From positions 32,001-96,000 of IMG/VR virus record IMGVR_UViG_3300030333_008334: a stretch of DNA of 64,000 nucleotides. One strand, given 5' to 3'. This DNA is from a virus. Both the position numbers and the translations under genes were made by a program. The notes below the pieces were generated by a model. The model was not told where the DNA came from, did not search any database, and saw only the letters and a list, made by a program, of their open reading frames with translations. Shown here in pieces: positions 1 through 9,785 of this stretch (positions within the stretch are counted from its first letter, which is position 1; every line of letters begins with the position of its first letter).

Positions 1-1245
1 ACCAGCATGAGCACCTGTAATAAGATCCTCAAGAATCTCACGATCAATTTCAAGAGCAATGTGCTCGGAGAGAATTGAAGTAAGCTCGACCTCAGCGTCC
101 AAGTTATGGTAGGCGTTAAGATCCTGACCAAGCTCTGGGGTCCACTTAGCCTTGAGCTTCTTCGTCACCGCGGTCACAGCAATGCTGTCGACCTTGATGT
201 CGATCTCAGGGATATCTTGGCTAACCTCATTCGCAAACGCAGTAGCCACAGCCTGATCGCCTGAACTCTCAAGCAACCACTCTGAAGCGCCCTTGACAGC
301 GCCGATTGCGTTAGCAGCGTCAAAGTTATCAGCTGTTGCGTAATGCCAAACAGTGCTGGGGTTATTGCCGCCCAATGAACCAGACACAGTAGCCATAGTG
401 GTACCGGCGTCAGGCTCAATAACAAAACGAATAGTGGTTTTGCCCAAGCCCGGGACAAAGTGGGTTAAGCGACGATGCAATGTAGCATTAATATCAGTAG
501 AAACGTTAATTGCGGCCAAGTTGTCCAAATTAAGCTCTTCGCCGCCTGCCTGGAATATACTAGCAGAAACATCAACAATGAGAACGTTTGAGCCGGAAAG
601 GTCCGGATCATACTGAACCATCTTCTCTAGCTGATTGACGCTGGTGAATGCCGCACCTCCGCCGGGGGAGCCGCCGTTGAGGATACCGCCGCCAAGGCTG
701 GGGGTGCTAAGAGAACCGACTGTACCGGATGCATGAACGATAATGCCGTTCGTCGGCGTAACATTCGCTAGCGGGGAAGCATAGCCGTTGCGAAGGTTGT
801 AGAAACCGCCGCCATCATTAGCGGAAAGGTTAACACCACCTGTCACCTGGCTTGCAACCACGTTACCGCCATAGACAGAAACATCAGCCAAGTCGCCTAG
901 GCGAGCATCAGTCTGAGTAAAGTCAAGGAAGAAGATGAGGCCAGAAGGCAAGCTCATCGGTTGCACGGAAACAAGATCGTTAGCGATCAAGGATCCGAAA
1001 ACACGACGAACGATTGGGAACGCAACAGATGCGAAACCTTCAACGTCGCCGCCGGCCATTGTGCTGGCCTCTTTCAAAAGTTGTGAAGCCTGATTCTCAA
1101 GGAGTCGGGCCATTGAATTCTTGGTATAATCGTTACCAAGACCCTCAAGAAGACCAGTGCGTTCCCATTTATCCATTAGGGCAGCACCTTCTCTCTGTAG
1201 GTCGCGGTTAACAATACCTTCAGTTAATTTATCTAATACAGACAT
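1..1245 (-). CDS. gp23: Major capsid protein, T4 gp23-like (3' end truncated by window edge)
   Basis: Not in the ORF track. Manual translation from ATG 1245: MSVLDKLTEGIVNRDLQREGAALMDKWERTGLLEGL...ARLLENQASQLLKEA...AFPIVRRVFGSLIANDLVSVQPMSLPSGLIFFLDF...TKKLKAKWTPELGQDLNAYHNLDAEVELTSILSEHIALEIDREIL. These are hallmark gp23 motifs; SD AGGAGG upstream. Confidence 0.96.
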   Translation of the reverse strand, partial: MSVLDKLTEGIVNRDLQREGAALMDKWERTGLLEGLGNDYTKNSMARLLENQASQLLKEASTMAGGDVEGFASVAFPIVRRVFGSLIANDLVSVQPMSLPSGLIFFLDFTQTDARLGDLADVSVYGGNVVASQVTGGVNLSANDGGGFYNLRNGYASPLANVTPTNGIIVHASGTVGSLSTPSLGGGILNGGSPGGGAAFTSVNQLEKMVQYDPDLSGSNVLIVDVSASIFQAGGEELNLDNLAAINVSTDINATLHRRLTHFVPGLGKTTIRFVIEPDAGTTMATVSGSLGGNNPSTVWHYATADNFDAANAIGAVKGASEWLLESSGDQAVATAFANEVSQDIPEIDIKVDSIAVTAVTKKLKAKWTPELGQDLNAYHNLDAEVELTSILSEHIALEIDREILEDLITGAHAG

Positions 1246-1268
1246 TTTTAAACCTCCTATATATTGTT

Positions 1269-2318
1269 TTATTTTAAGCCTGCAAGGGTTTTCCATCTAG
1301 AAAGTGATGGATCATCCTTCTTTGTTGCACTTTGGTTTCTATTCCTACCATGCAACAACAAACCAGCGGAAGAATTTTTAACGGCTTCACTCAGTGATTG
1401 TGGCTCTCTTTTTGTTGTTGTGCTGCCCACTGCGTTCTGAAGAGTTTCAAAAATAACTTTTGCTTCTTCGACTGTTTCGGCCTCTGAAATAGCTTCGACA
1501 ATTTTATTTTTTTGCCGCTCATTTAAGGAGTCGCTGATTAAGACCTTATTTGTATATAATAGTTTAGCATTGGTTAGAGAAGACTCTGTTAATTTATCTT
1601 TCATAATATAAATTGTTTCTCTTAACTGTTCTTTCTCTTCACCATGCGTTTGATTTTCAACTTTAAGTTTCTCAAGTGCAGATTTTAAAGCTTCATTTTC
1701 TTCTTTAATTTCTGTATCCTCTGCACGAGCTAAAAGTTCTTCTTGTGCCTGCGCCAATTGGCTAGCTGGCATGCCATTATTTCCCCATCCACTGGAAACT
1801 GGCTTGATATCGACTACTAATTCTTCCAAAATAGAAGAAAGAAGGTTCTCGTCTAATTCAATCTCTTCTTCAACATCAAGCTCTTCCTGCAATGGAGCGC
1901 GGAGTTCGTCATCTTCTAAAGCATCGGATCCTAAAATATCTGACGCCAAAGTCTCTTGGCTCTCTGGTTTTTCTGGCATTTCATCATCAGGCATTTTGGT
2001 AAGCTGATCTAGATCAACCTCAAATGTGTCCTCTTCCTCTGGACATGGACAAAGCTTCTCGCCGTCGACGGTGACAATAGGCATGTCCTTAAGTGCGGAG
2101 TCTTCTTCTGGCTCTTCGCCTGGAAGTGGTGCCTCTGCATCTAAATCCATTGCTTCATCACCCATGTCGGGTGCAAGTTCTGGTTGCTCTAAAAGAGTTT
2201 CAACCGCTTCTTTAATCTGATTGGAGTATTTCTCAACAATCATATCTTCTGCATTTTTAAGTGCAGCTTCACGCAGTGCTTCTGCGTCGACTATTGCTTG
2301 TTCTAACATTGATGACAT
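1269..2318 (-). CDS. Prohead core scaffold protein (gp22-like)
   Basis: Very acidic, with a coiled-coil C-terminal half and many L/I-x-E candidate protease sites; immediately upstream of the MCP; ends RWKTLAGLK. Confidence 0.8.
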   Translation of the reverse strand: MSSMLEQAIVDAEALREAALKNAEDMIVEKYSNQIKEAVETLLEQPELAPDMGDEAMDLDAEAPLPGEEPEEDSALKDMPIVTVDGEKLCPCPEEEDTFEVDLDQLTKMPDDEMPEKPESQETLASDILGSDALEDDELRAPLQEELDVEEEIELDENLLSSILEELVVDIKPVSSGWGNNGMPASQLAQAQEELLARAEDTEIKEENEALKSALEKLKVENQTHGEEKEQLRETIYIMKDKLTESSLTNAKLLYTNKVLISDSLNERQKNKIVEAISEAETVEEAKVIFETLQNAVGSTTTKREPQSLSEAVKNSSAGLLLHGRNRNQSATKKDDPSLSRWKTLAGLK

Positions 2319-2353
2319 TTATAATCTCCCGTAAAAAAACGTAAATTATCAAA

Positions 2354-2367
2354 ATAAATAGTATTAT
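2354..2367 (-). promoter_or_regulatory. Candidate late promoter ATAATACTATTTAT upstream of scaffold-MCP
   Basis: Identical 14-mer recurs at 28019-28032 upstream of another structural gene; lies just downstream of a terminator. Confidence 0.55.
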
Positions 2368-2426
2368 ATATGCATAAAAGAAGAAATTTTATACACCCAC
2401 TTGGATGCCTTATAACATACACATAT

Positions 2427-2460
2427 AAAAAAGCCCCTAGAGCATAACTCTAGAGGCTTT
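2427..2460 (-). terminator. Intrinsic terminator after the 762-aa fibre gene
   Basis: Minus strand AAGCCTCTAGAG-TTATG-CTCTAGGGGCTT then TTTT; 12-bp stem with one G-U pair. Confidence 0.85.
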
Positions 2461-2500
2461 ATATTACAACTTATTGTTGCAAATTGTTAAATAATTTAAA

Positions 2501-4789
2501 TTATTTTTGTAATTTAGCAACAATCTCTTTAAGCTGAGCGATCTGATCCTGCTGAGCCTTGATAGCACCTGCAAACAAGGTCGACATTCTTGAGTAATCA
2601 ATACCACGACCTTCGCCGTTAGCATCAAGAGCACAAATTTCAGGAACAACCTTCGCAACATCCTGAGCGATGAAGCCAATTTCGCTTTTACCTGTGGCAA
2701 CTTTGTCATAGGTAGTTGGCTGCAGCTTCATGACCTTCTCAAGGCAGTTATCCATTGTCTGGATGTTTGTCTTGAGAGTACGATCAGAATAAGTAACGAA
2801 TGCATCAGCGCGCATGTTGCCATGGCCAGTCTGGACGTCAATTGCAAACCCAGAGCCTGGTGCTCTGCCAATTCCAACTGCGTTTTCAGACTCATCCCAG
2901 AGGAAATATCTTCCGGAAGTAGCACCGAAGAACTTAACATCGTAGCCAGTATCATCAACACCAACAGTAATTGTACCGTCAGCCTGAACGTTACCGTCAA
3001 TGTCGACTGCATCAAGATTTGCAGTTCCGTCAACGTCAAGATCAGTACCAACATACAATTTCTTGGCAATACCGACACCACCAGCAACTTGCAAAATACC
3101 GGATGTTTTGCTAGATGCATCTGTAGTGCCTTCTAGGAGCACGCTACTAGCAGCCTTGAGTGAGCCGCTGAATTCTGCTGTGCCGTCAACTTCAAATCCA
3201 CCAACGTTTGTGATGTTCTGGCTGCTTGCATTAAGCGCTTGGCCGAGAGTATCAGCATGAAGTGCAACAATGTGAGCCTGAGCAAAACGATCAGATCCGC
3301 CGCCCAAATCATAAGTGTTATCAGCATCTGGTACCAAGTCAGAAGCTAATTTACCATTGAAGTAAATGTTGTCTGCCTGACTGTTAGCATTGGAACCAAG
3401 GTTGATAGTACCTGACATAGCAACGCCGCCGGCTGCAGTAACTTGACCAGTAAGTGTAGAAGTTGAAGCAACGGACAAAGTGCTCTTAAGAGTTGCAGCT
3501 CCAGTAACAGCAATAAGACCATCAAACAATGCTGCGCCGTCGACGCTCAATGATTGACCGACCATCATGTGGCCAGATCCTGAGATGCTACCAACAACAC
3601 CCAAAGCAGAACCGTTCCAAGCAAGGTTTGCGCTTTCCGAGAAGACGCCTGAACCATTGCTGAAAGCAATTGCTCCATTGCTTGTTAGGCCAGTAGCCTG
3701 CAGGGTAGTTGCTTTAACGTTACCGCCAGAGCTGTAAATAACAGCTTTACTGTTGACAACAGTATCAGCAGCAGCGCCATCAAGCAAGTTAAGTTCACCC
3801 GCATCTGAAGTAACTGCTGCACCAGCTAATTGTAAACCACCTGCTTTAGCGACGTTGAAATCAACATCGTTAGCCAGTGCTAAAGACTGATTTGCAAGAG
3901 TCATGATATCGGCATCCGCATCACAACCAATTGTTGAACTATTGTCAACTGCCAAGCTTTTGAGAGCTGTGTCGCCATCAGCGTCAACTGAGAATCCAGT
4001 CATTGTGATAGTAGCAGCTCCCAAGTCAGCAGAAACGTCCAAGTCGCCCGTAACATCCATGCCAGCGGCGTCGACCGAAGCATATGCTGTGCCAGCAATA
4101 TTAAATTCAAGCTTTGCGCCTGTGTGCTCATAAAGAACTGAAGCAACAGCGTCAGTGCCGCTAACGCCACCGATCTGTAAACCACCGCCGTCAGCTGCAG
4201 CAGATGCTGATCCTGAAGCAGCAATGATCAATTTGTCAACCACCTCAAGAACCGTTTCGGTTTTGTTAACAGTGTTGCTGTTAATTTCGTTAACGTCCAA
4301 GACATCAATCTTAGCGTATGAAGCTGTTAGCTGACTAACTCCACTAAGAACTGTGCTTCCGTCACCTGTAATATTACCATTTGCAATAATGTTGTTAGTG
4401 AAAGTTATATGATCTGCGAACGTTCTTGCGCCGGAAATTGAATCTTTAAGATCAATACCAGATGCGCCGAGCTGCAGAGCATCGCTGTCAACTTTAGCAA
4501 TAAGCTTGTTACTGCTAAATTCCATGCCTGGATTTGTTGCCAAATCAATTGCGATTGAAGCATTAGCTGTGCCATCAAAAGTAAAGTCAGCGATACCATT
4601 GCCGTCTGTTAAGCTATACTCGTTTGTTGCAACGAGTCTTTGAGTTTGAGAACCAGCTCTTCTCAAAGCTAGCTTTGCGTCGGTGCCTGAACCAGTTGTA
4701 TAAAGCTGGACTTCGCCCTGATTAGTAGCAGCATGCGAACCAGAAGCCAAAGCCTCTAGAACAATAGATTTTCCATATTGTGTAGCCAA
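2501..4789 (-). CDS. Trimeric fibre/spike protein with C-terminal intramolecular chaperone (peptidase S74) domain
   Basis: G/A/S/T/D-rich beta repeats (DLDVDGTANLDAVDIDG). C-terminal SDRTLKTNI...GFIAQDVAKVVPE...IDYSRM followed by a coiled coil. TTG start with AGGAGG SD. Confidence 0.85.
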   Translation of the reverse strand: MATQYGKSIVLEALASGSHAATNQGEVQLYTTGSGTDAKLALRRAGSQTQRLVATNEYSLTDGNGIADFTFDGTANASIAIDLATNPGMEFSSNKLIAKVDSDALQLGASGIDLKDSISGARTFADHITFTNNIIANGNITGDGSTVLSGVSQLTASYAKIDVLDVNEINSNTVNKTETVLEVVDKLIIAASGSASAAADGGGLQIGGVSGTDAVASVLYEHTGAKLEFNIAGTAYASVDAAGMDVTGDLDVSADLGAATITMTGFSVDADGDTALKSLAVDNSSTIGCDADADIMTLANQSLALANDVDFNVAKAGGLQLAGAAVTSDAGELNLLDGAAADTVVNSKAVIYSSGGNVKATTLQATGLTSNGAIAFSNGSGVFSESANLAWNGSALGVVGSISGSGHMMVGQSLSVDGAALFDGLIAVTGAATLKSTLSVASTSTLTGQVTAAGGVAMSGTINLGSNANSQADNIYFNGKLASDLVPDADNTYDLGGGSDRFAQAHIVALHADTLGQALNASSQNITNVGGFEVDGTAEFSGSLKAASSVLLEGTTDASSKTSGILQVAGGVGIAKKLYVGTDLDVDGTANLDAVDIDGNVQADGTITVGVDDTGYDVKFFGATSGRYFLWDESENAVGIGRAPGSGFAIDVQTGHGNMRADAFVTYSDRTLKTNIQTMDNCLEKVMKLQPTTYDKVATGKSEIGFIAQDVAKVVPEICALDANGEGRGIDYSRMSTLFAGAIKAQQDQIAQLKEIVAKLQK

Positions 4790-4811
4790 AATAAACCCCT
4801 CCTATAAAATA

Positions 4812-4833
4812 CACCACTCCCGTAAGAATGGCG
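4812..4833 (-). promoter_or_regulatory. 5' leader stem-loop with UACG tetraloop
   Basis: CGCCATTCT-TACG-GGAGTGGTG, a 9-bp stem with G-U pairs, between a CTATATA motif (4844-4850) and the SD of the 762-aa gene. Confidence 0.45.
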
Positions 4834-4919
4834 GGTTATGCTTTATATAGCGCTATCAAACTCGAAAATCCAATAAAAAAACGCAACACTGCTTGGCATT
4901 TGACTAATTAAGCATCTAC

Positions 4920-5846
4920 TTATTTCTTAAGCTTTTGATTTAATTCATCAATTTGCTTTTGCTGTTTTTTTACGGCTTCGACCAAAAAAGAGATTATTTT
5001 TAGGTAATCCATACCCTGGGCGTCTTTTTTGTTATCTTCCCAGGAAACAATACCTGGCAAGACTTTTCCGACATCCTCTGCAATAAATCCATAATCTACA
5101 CGTTCAGTATCTTTCCACTTAAATGAAACGCCATTTAGTTTATTTAGCACATCCATTGGGTCGTTTAAAACTTCAATATCTTTTTTATATCTCTGAGAAG
5201 AGTATGAAACAAATGCATTTGCTTTGATTTGTCCCGTTGTGTTATCATTGTTTGGAAGAGTAATTGCGTGAGTTATATCTGAATTTGGAATTCCAACGCC
5301 TAGCTTTTGGTCTACAATAACATGAGATCCGGATAAAACAATTCCCTTCGCAGCAGATCCTGAAATTACCAATATTTCTGCTGAGCCGTCGTTGTAATAT
5401 ATCTTAGCCTCTTTGTTTGGACCAAAATTAAATGCTGCTGATTCTCCTGCAGAGGTAAATTGAACCTCGCCGCCAATTTTAAGGGGGGAGGCTCCCTCTA
5501 ATGTTCCTGCTATCTGAACAGTTGAGCCAGACAAAACAATGCCATTGGTTGAGCCAGAAATTACTAAATAATCCTGACTGCCTGAATGTTTTATCGAACA
5601 CTCATTATTATTACCAAAAAATAAATATTTGTCTGTTGGTAAATTTACACTGCCATCGAAGCTGGTAGAACCAGAAAATATATGAGCATCTAGACTTGAG
5701 TCGCCAACATGCAAACTGCCAGATATCTTAAGATCATCGCCGATTTTAAAGTCGCCGGCTGTAAATGCACCGGTTACGACAACATCTCCGCCGAACTGCG
5801 CAGTGCTACCAGCTGAATTGAACAGTCTTATCGGACGATATGGCAT
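4920..5846 (-). CDS. Short fibre protein with peptidase S74 chaperone domain
   Basis: SSQRYKKDI...GFIAEDVGKVLPGIV...MDYLKI followed by a coiled coil. Internal ~40-aa duplication (LVISGSTNGIVLSGS / LVISGSAAKGIVLSGS). Confidence 0.85.
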   Translation of the reverse strand: MPYRPIRLFNSAGSTAQFGGDVVVTGAFTAGDFKIGDDLKISGSLHVGDSSLDAHIFSGSTSFDGSVNLPTDKYLFFGNNNECSIKHSGSQDYLVISGSTNGIVLSGSTVQIAGTLEGASPLKIGGEVQFTSAGESAAFNFGPNKEAKIYYNDGSAEILVISGSAAKGIVLSGSHVIVDQKLGVGIPNSDITHAITLPNNDNTTGQIKANAFVSYSSQRYKKDIEVLNDPMDVLNKLNGVSFKWKDTERVDYGFIAEDVGKVLPGIVSWEDNKKDAQGMDYLKIISFLVEAVKKQQKQIDELNQKLKK

Positions 5847-5864
5847 GTATTAGTCTCCTAATAC
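5847..5864 (-). promoter_or_regulatory. SD-occluding hairpin spanning the intergenic gap
   Basis: GTATTAG-GAGA-CTAATAC directly before the ATG; perfect 7-bp stem with GNRA loop, containing AGGAG. Confidence 0.55.
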
Positions 5865-8146
5865 TAAGTAGACGCTACTCCAGTTACTAACCATTTCATG
5901 AGAGAATCTGTCGCAGCCACGCAAACAACATCAACATAATCTCCAGGTGCTGCCATTGCGCCGACAAAGGCCACATAATCGTGACCACCGCCGCCTGGAC
6001 CTGTGCCATTAAAAACAACGCCACCGGGAGCAGAATTCGAGGACGCGTCGACAATATATCCAAACATAAAGTCATTAGAAGCGTCGCCTCTGGCTATTTT
6101 GATTCCCCGGTTGCCGGCTGTATCCAGCATAACTCGAAATTGATAACCCATTAATTGCCTAGCGCCGTCCTCAGTTGTCGCTGATGGCAGCGTAATTGTT
6201 GTATTTCCACTGGGACTGTCTTCTTGCGTCTGAATTGCTTTTATAATAGAGCCACAATATCCCATTGCGCCGGTCAAGCTCAGCGTTGATAAATTCAAAT
6301 CTGAGCCGCTAAGTTCATGAATTGGCTTTTTATGACCCCAGCCGCCGTAGCCGCCATTATTAAAAGACATCGCATTGACCGTGCCGGTAGCATTAACAAA
6401 ACGAACAGCGGCATAATCGGAAGTAGAGATTGTCTGAAAATCCACAGAGGGACCTGAACCGGTAGTGACTAAGTTTATAGAAAGAGCGTGTGTGCCTGCT
6501 TTCTTAATTTCAATATTGTCGCCGGCTGCATCAAGAATAATGTCACCATCGGCATCCAAAGTAAGGTGGCCACTAGTTCCCTCACTATCAAATGTGGCAA
6601 GGGTTGTGGATCCACTGCCGGCAACTTTTAAGGTAGCATATGCTTGATGGTTGCTAGCGATACCGCCGGCTGTGCCCGCAGTGGGGTAAGTCCATACCTT
6701 AAAAGATCCTGAAGTTGCTTCAAAATCAAAGGCGGAGACGCCATTATCTGTAATCGTAACAAGACCTGTGTCGGCATCTAGCTCTATATCACCATCAACA
6801 TTTATAATAAGATCTGCATTATCCGCATCATCATCGATTGTTTGTATTTGAGTCGCGCCGTTGGCGGCAACAACTATTCTAAAAAAATCACCTGTGTCAG
6901 TATCATCATATATCGTAAACATTGTGTTATCACAATCGAATGAAAAATGACTTGCACTATCATCTTTGATAGTAACCTGGCCGCCATCGGCATTTAGTAC
7001 AATATCATTTCCGCAATCAATGGTAAAGTTGCCGTCATCTGCAACTGAAATGGTTGTAGTGTCAGCTGCATCATCTCCTTGATCAGCACTCAAAGTAAGC
7101 GTTGCTGCTTGGGCTTCACCGCCAATAATAGCAGCAGATCCACTAACAGACAAGCTTCCTGTTATAGCTACCGAGCCGCTTATATCCAAAGTCGATGTCG
7201 GAGAAGACTTGCCAACGCCAACTTTTCCGGAATTGTCGATTATTACTTTTTGAGAATTGCCGCCGGCGCCAAAGTACAGGTCTGCTTCACTATAAAGTGT
7301 TACATCTTGATCTCCGGTGTCCCATGCAATACCCCCTGATTTGGTTCCGCCGGCTTTGGTAAAGTGGAGATTTCCACCGTTTGTATCGCCGGTGTCGATC
7401 TCCATAGTTCGAGAACTTGGTGTTACTCGAAAAGTTCCATTACTAGTAGTTAACAAGCCGGTCTTATGTGTGGCGCTATAACGCACATAAGACTGTGGTA
7501 AACCAGTTTGACTTTTAACATCAAGCGGAGCATCAGGACTAGCCGTTCCAATGCCGACATTACCGGTGAATTTATGTACATCGTCTGCGCTATTACCGAA
7601 ATCTGTACTGCCGGTTGAACTAATATTAACAACCGACTCATTTACAACATTTACTTTGAACTCATTCGCCACCAAAGTACCAGAGACAAACAATGAGCCA
7701 GTTAAACGTACTATTCCAGCTGTGTAGTCATAAGTAAGATTATTGCTTCCAGAGATTATAGATCCTGAATTAATTAATATTTGAGTGTTTGAGCTGGAAA
7801 CTAGCATATCTGCAGTTATAAGAGTTGTATCAGTCGATCCAACAACTATAGTAGAAATGGTTTCGTTATAATCAACTTTTGTCCAACTTGAACCGGTTGT
7901 ATATACACACCAGTCGTTAACTTGCCAAGCATTTTGTCCATCTAAATTTGTTGAGCCGGCAGTATTAACTTGCCAATATTCTCCGACGCTAGCTGCCGAG
8001 GTGCCAGCAAGAACACCATTTCCATACCCACCGCTTACATGTGAGCCGGTGAATGAAACGCCACCAGACAAAGCAACGTTTGTGCTGGCGTTCCAATAGC
8101 CTCTAAATCTAGAAATTCCTATAAATGATAATTCGCCACTTGGCAT
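5864..8146 (-). CDS. Fibre-like structural protein
   Basis: N-terminal FRGYWNASTN...GEYWQVNTAG...WQVNDW module; GNVGIGTASP and GKVGVGKSSP fibre repeats; three DIxLxAxG-type repeats. Confidence 0.75.
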   Translation of the reverse strand: MPSGELSFIGISRFRGYWNASTNVALSGGVSFTGSHVSGGYGNGVLAGTSAASVGEYWQVNTAGSTNLDGQNAWQVNDWCVYTTGSSWTKVDYNETISTIVVGSTDTTLITADMLVSSSNTQILINSGSIISGSNNLTYDYTAGIVRLTGSLFVSGTLVANEFKVNVVNESVVNISSTGSTDFGNSADDVHKFTGNVGIGTASPDAPLDVKSQTGLPQSYVRYSATHKTGLLTTSNGTFRVTPSSRTMEIDTGDTNGGNLHFTKAGGTKSGGIAWDTGDQDVTLYSEADLYFGAGGNSQKVIIDNSGKVGVGKSSPTSTLDISGSVAITGSLSVSGSAAIIGGEAQAATLTLSADQGDDAADTTTISVADDGNFTIDCGNDIVLNADGGQVTIKDDSASHFSFDCDNTMFTIYDDTDTGDFFRIVVAANGATQIQTIDDDADNADLIINVDGDIELDADTGLVTITDNGVSAFDFEATSGSFKVWTYPTAGTAGGIASNHQAYATLKVAGSGSTTLATFDSEGTSGHLTLDADGDIILDAAGDNIEIKKAGTHALSINLVTTGSGPSVDFQTISTSDYAAVRFVNATGTVNAMSFNNGGYGGWGHKKPIHELSGSDLNLSTLSLTGAMGYCGSIIKAIQTQEDSPSGNTTITLPSATTEDGARQLMGYQFRVMLDTAGNRGIKIARGDASNDFMFGYIVDASSNSAPGGVVFNGTGPGGGGHDYVAFVGAMAAPGDYVDVVCVAATDSLMKWLVTGVAST

Positions 8147-8157
8147 TAGTTCTTCTC

Positions 8158-9279
8158 CTACGCTAACACTGCACTATCAGATTGTATGGGATACCATGCG
8201 GCACCGGTACCCGTTGGGTTGGCCCACAACAGTCTAATATAATCACCAACGGCATTGAAAGTCACCGTACTTCCTGACCATCCATCTGTCGCGACAGTCA
8301 CTATCGCACGACCATTTGAACTTGGATCATTGCCGCCGTATACAAGCATTCTTATTTCTTTTACTTGACCTATCACCTCACCATCAGCCAAACTGTAGTT
8401 TCTGTCGGTCGTATCACTAGTATTGATGAACGATACACCGGTTGTAGCCAATGCTTGTGTGCCCCCATGGGATCCAGCAAAAGCCTCCACAGTACCAACG
8501 GTGATGCCGCTGGCAACAGTAACAATTTTATTACCCGGGATTGTCAAAGCAGTAGCATATGCTTCAGTAGCTGCTGTGCCAGAGCTTCCTCCAGCAGCCG
8601 ATGTTTTAAATATGATTGAGCCACCAGAGGCAGTACCGGTACCTTTTCCACCCCTAATTGTAATATCTCCGCCTGCTCGGTCAGCAGTGCCTGAGCCAGG
8701 CGTAACATCGCTCGCGCCGATAGTAAAATTACGCCCTGTTTCTCCAGCTGTTGCATCAACATGCATAATAGTTGCGCCGCTTGCTGCAGCGGTGCCTAAA
8801 GCAATGTCGCCGCCACTAGTTTCTAAATCGCCATCTATTTGAAGATTACCATCTTGTGTAAGCTTCATTATTTCAGTGCCGGCGTCGTGCTCCCAGCCAA
8901 AATATTGTCCAGATTGATCTTCGTCAACATCAATCTTGAAAAACATTGAAGCATCTGATCTTAGATTAAAATGACCATCGGTACCACCAGTTAAATCTGC
9001 GCCGCCAACTCTTAAATCTCCCGCAATGATAATATTATTTGACGTATCGATTGAGAAAGAATTGTTAGCTAAAGATGACTCAAAGCTTTCGCCTGTATTT
9101 ATAATAAAAGCATCAGCACTATCATCAATACCAATTATTGTTTTTAGAGTATTATGACCAAGCACAATAGTTCTGTCTGTACCATCAGCTGATGCGCCTA
9201 TATCTAGACTGCCGGTTAAATCTAAATCGCCGCTGAGCGTTAATTCATCTAAATCCGAACTTCCTGGCTTAAACCCCAT
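8158..9279 (-). CDS. Fibre-like structural protein
   Basis: G/S/T-rich; GNLQIDGDLE and AGGDITIRGGKGTGTASGGSIIF beta repeats; C-terminal LADGEVIGQVK...TFNAVGD..LLW tip-like module. Confidence 0.7.
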   Translation of the reverse strand: MGFKPGSSDLDELTLSGDLDLTGSLDIGASADGTDRTIVLGHNTLKTIIGIDDSADAFIINTGESFESSLANNSFSIDTSNNIIIAGDLRVGGADLTGGTDGHFNLRSDASMFFKIDVDEDQSGQYFGWEHDAGTEIMKLTQDGNLQIDGDLETSGGDIALGTAAASGATIMHVDATAGETGRNFTIGASDVTPGSGTADRAGGDITIRGGKGTGTASGGSIIFKTSAAGGSSGTAATEAYATALTIPGNKIVTVASGITVGTVEAFAGSHGGTQALATTGVSFINTSDTTDRNYSLADGEVIGQVKEIRMLVYGGNDPSSNGRAIVTVATDGWSGSTVTFNAVGDYIRLLWANPTGTGAAWYPIQSDSAVLA

Positions 9280-9290
9280 CTCTAATCTCC

Positions 9291-9758
9291 TTAATTCGTT
9301 GGTCCATGTGGTTCGGCGCCGAGAGTTGTCAATCCGGATCCTGTCAAAGCATACATTTCTCCTGCAGGAATACCAGTTAGCGTCGCAACAACTCGATATT
9401 CTCTATTGCCCGCTCCATCGTCGGGGGCTGAGATGTAAATCTCCCTACATTTGACGTCTTTGAACTCATATGAATCTTCATCAGAGTCTAGTTCTACAAA
9501 GTGCTTTCCATTGATTACATGACCGCCGCTTTTTGAAGTGTTAAAATGTATATAAACTTTTCCAGAAGCTGATCCGCCATGGCGTATAACTGTAACATGT
9601 TTTGTCACATAAGGAAATTCAATTTTGTGCTCTTCGTCTGCACCTAACGTTGCAGATCCGGTGATCCATGGCATGCCAGAAACTTGGTATGATCCAACAT
9701 TATGAAGACCAACACCGTATTTTTTAAATGGCTTTGGGGAACTTTTGCTATATGACAT
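9291..9758 (-). CDS. Putative small virion/decoration protein
   Basis: 155 aa, beta-rich, GLHNVGSYQVSGMPWITGS N-terminus; strong SD TAGGAG; first gene of the fibre cluster. Confidence 0.5.
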   Translation of the reverse strand: MSYSKSSPKPFKKYGVGLHNVGSYQVSGMPWITGSATLGADEEHKIEFPYVTKHVTVIRHGGSASGKVYIHFNTSKSGGHVINGKHFVELDSDEDSYEFKDVKCREIYISAPDDGAGNREYRVVATLTGIPAGEMYALTGSGLTTLGAEPHGPTN

Positions 9759-9771
9759 CTCTTTTCTCCTA

Positions 9772-9784
9772 ATAAATTAAATAG
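9772..9784 (-). promoter_or_regulatory. Candidate late promoter CTATTTAATTTAT
   Basis: 12/13 identical to 51014-51026 upstream of gp6; shares the CTATTTA core with 2354 and 28019. Confidence 0.5.
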
Positions 9785-9785
9785 C

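Noticed and set aside
2489-2506. 18-bp perfect palindrome AAATAATTTAAATTATTT (similar A/T inverted repeat at 28054-28070)
   Set aside because: A/T-only sequences in very AT-rich gaps are plausible by chance, and the two have different arm order.
4874-4902. Possible terminator after the 308-aa fibre (T7 run on the minus strand)
   Set aside because: The preceding stem is short and irregular; not enough support.
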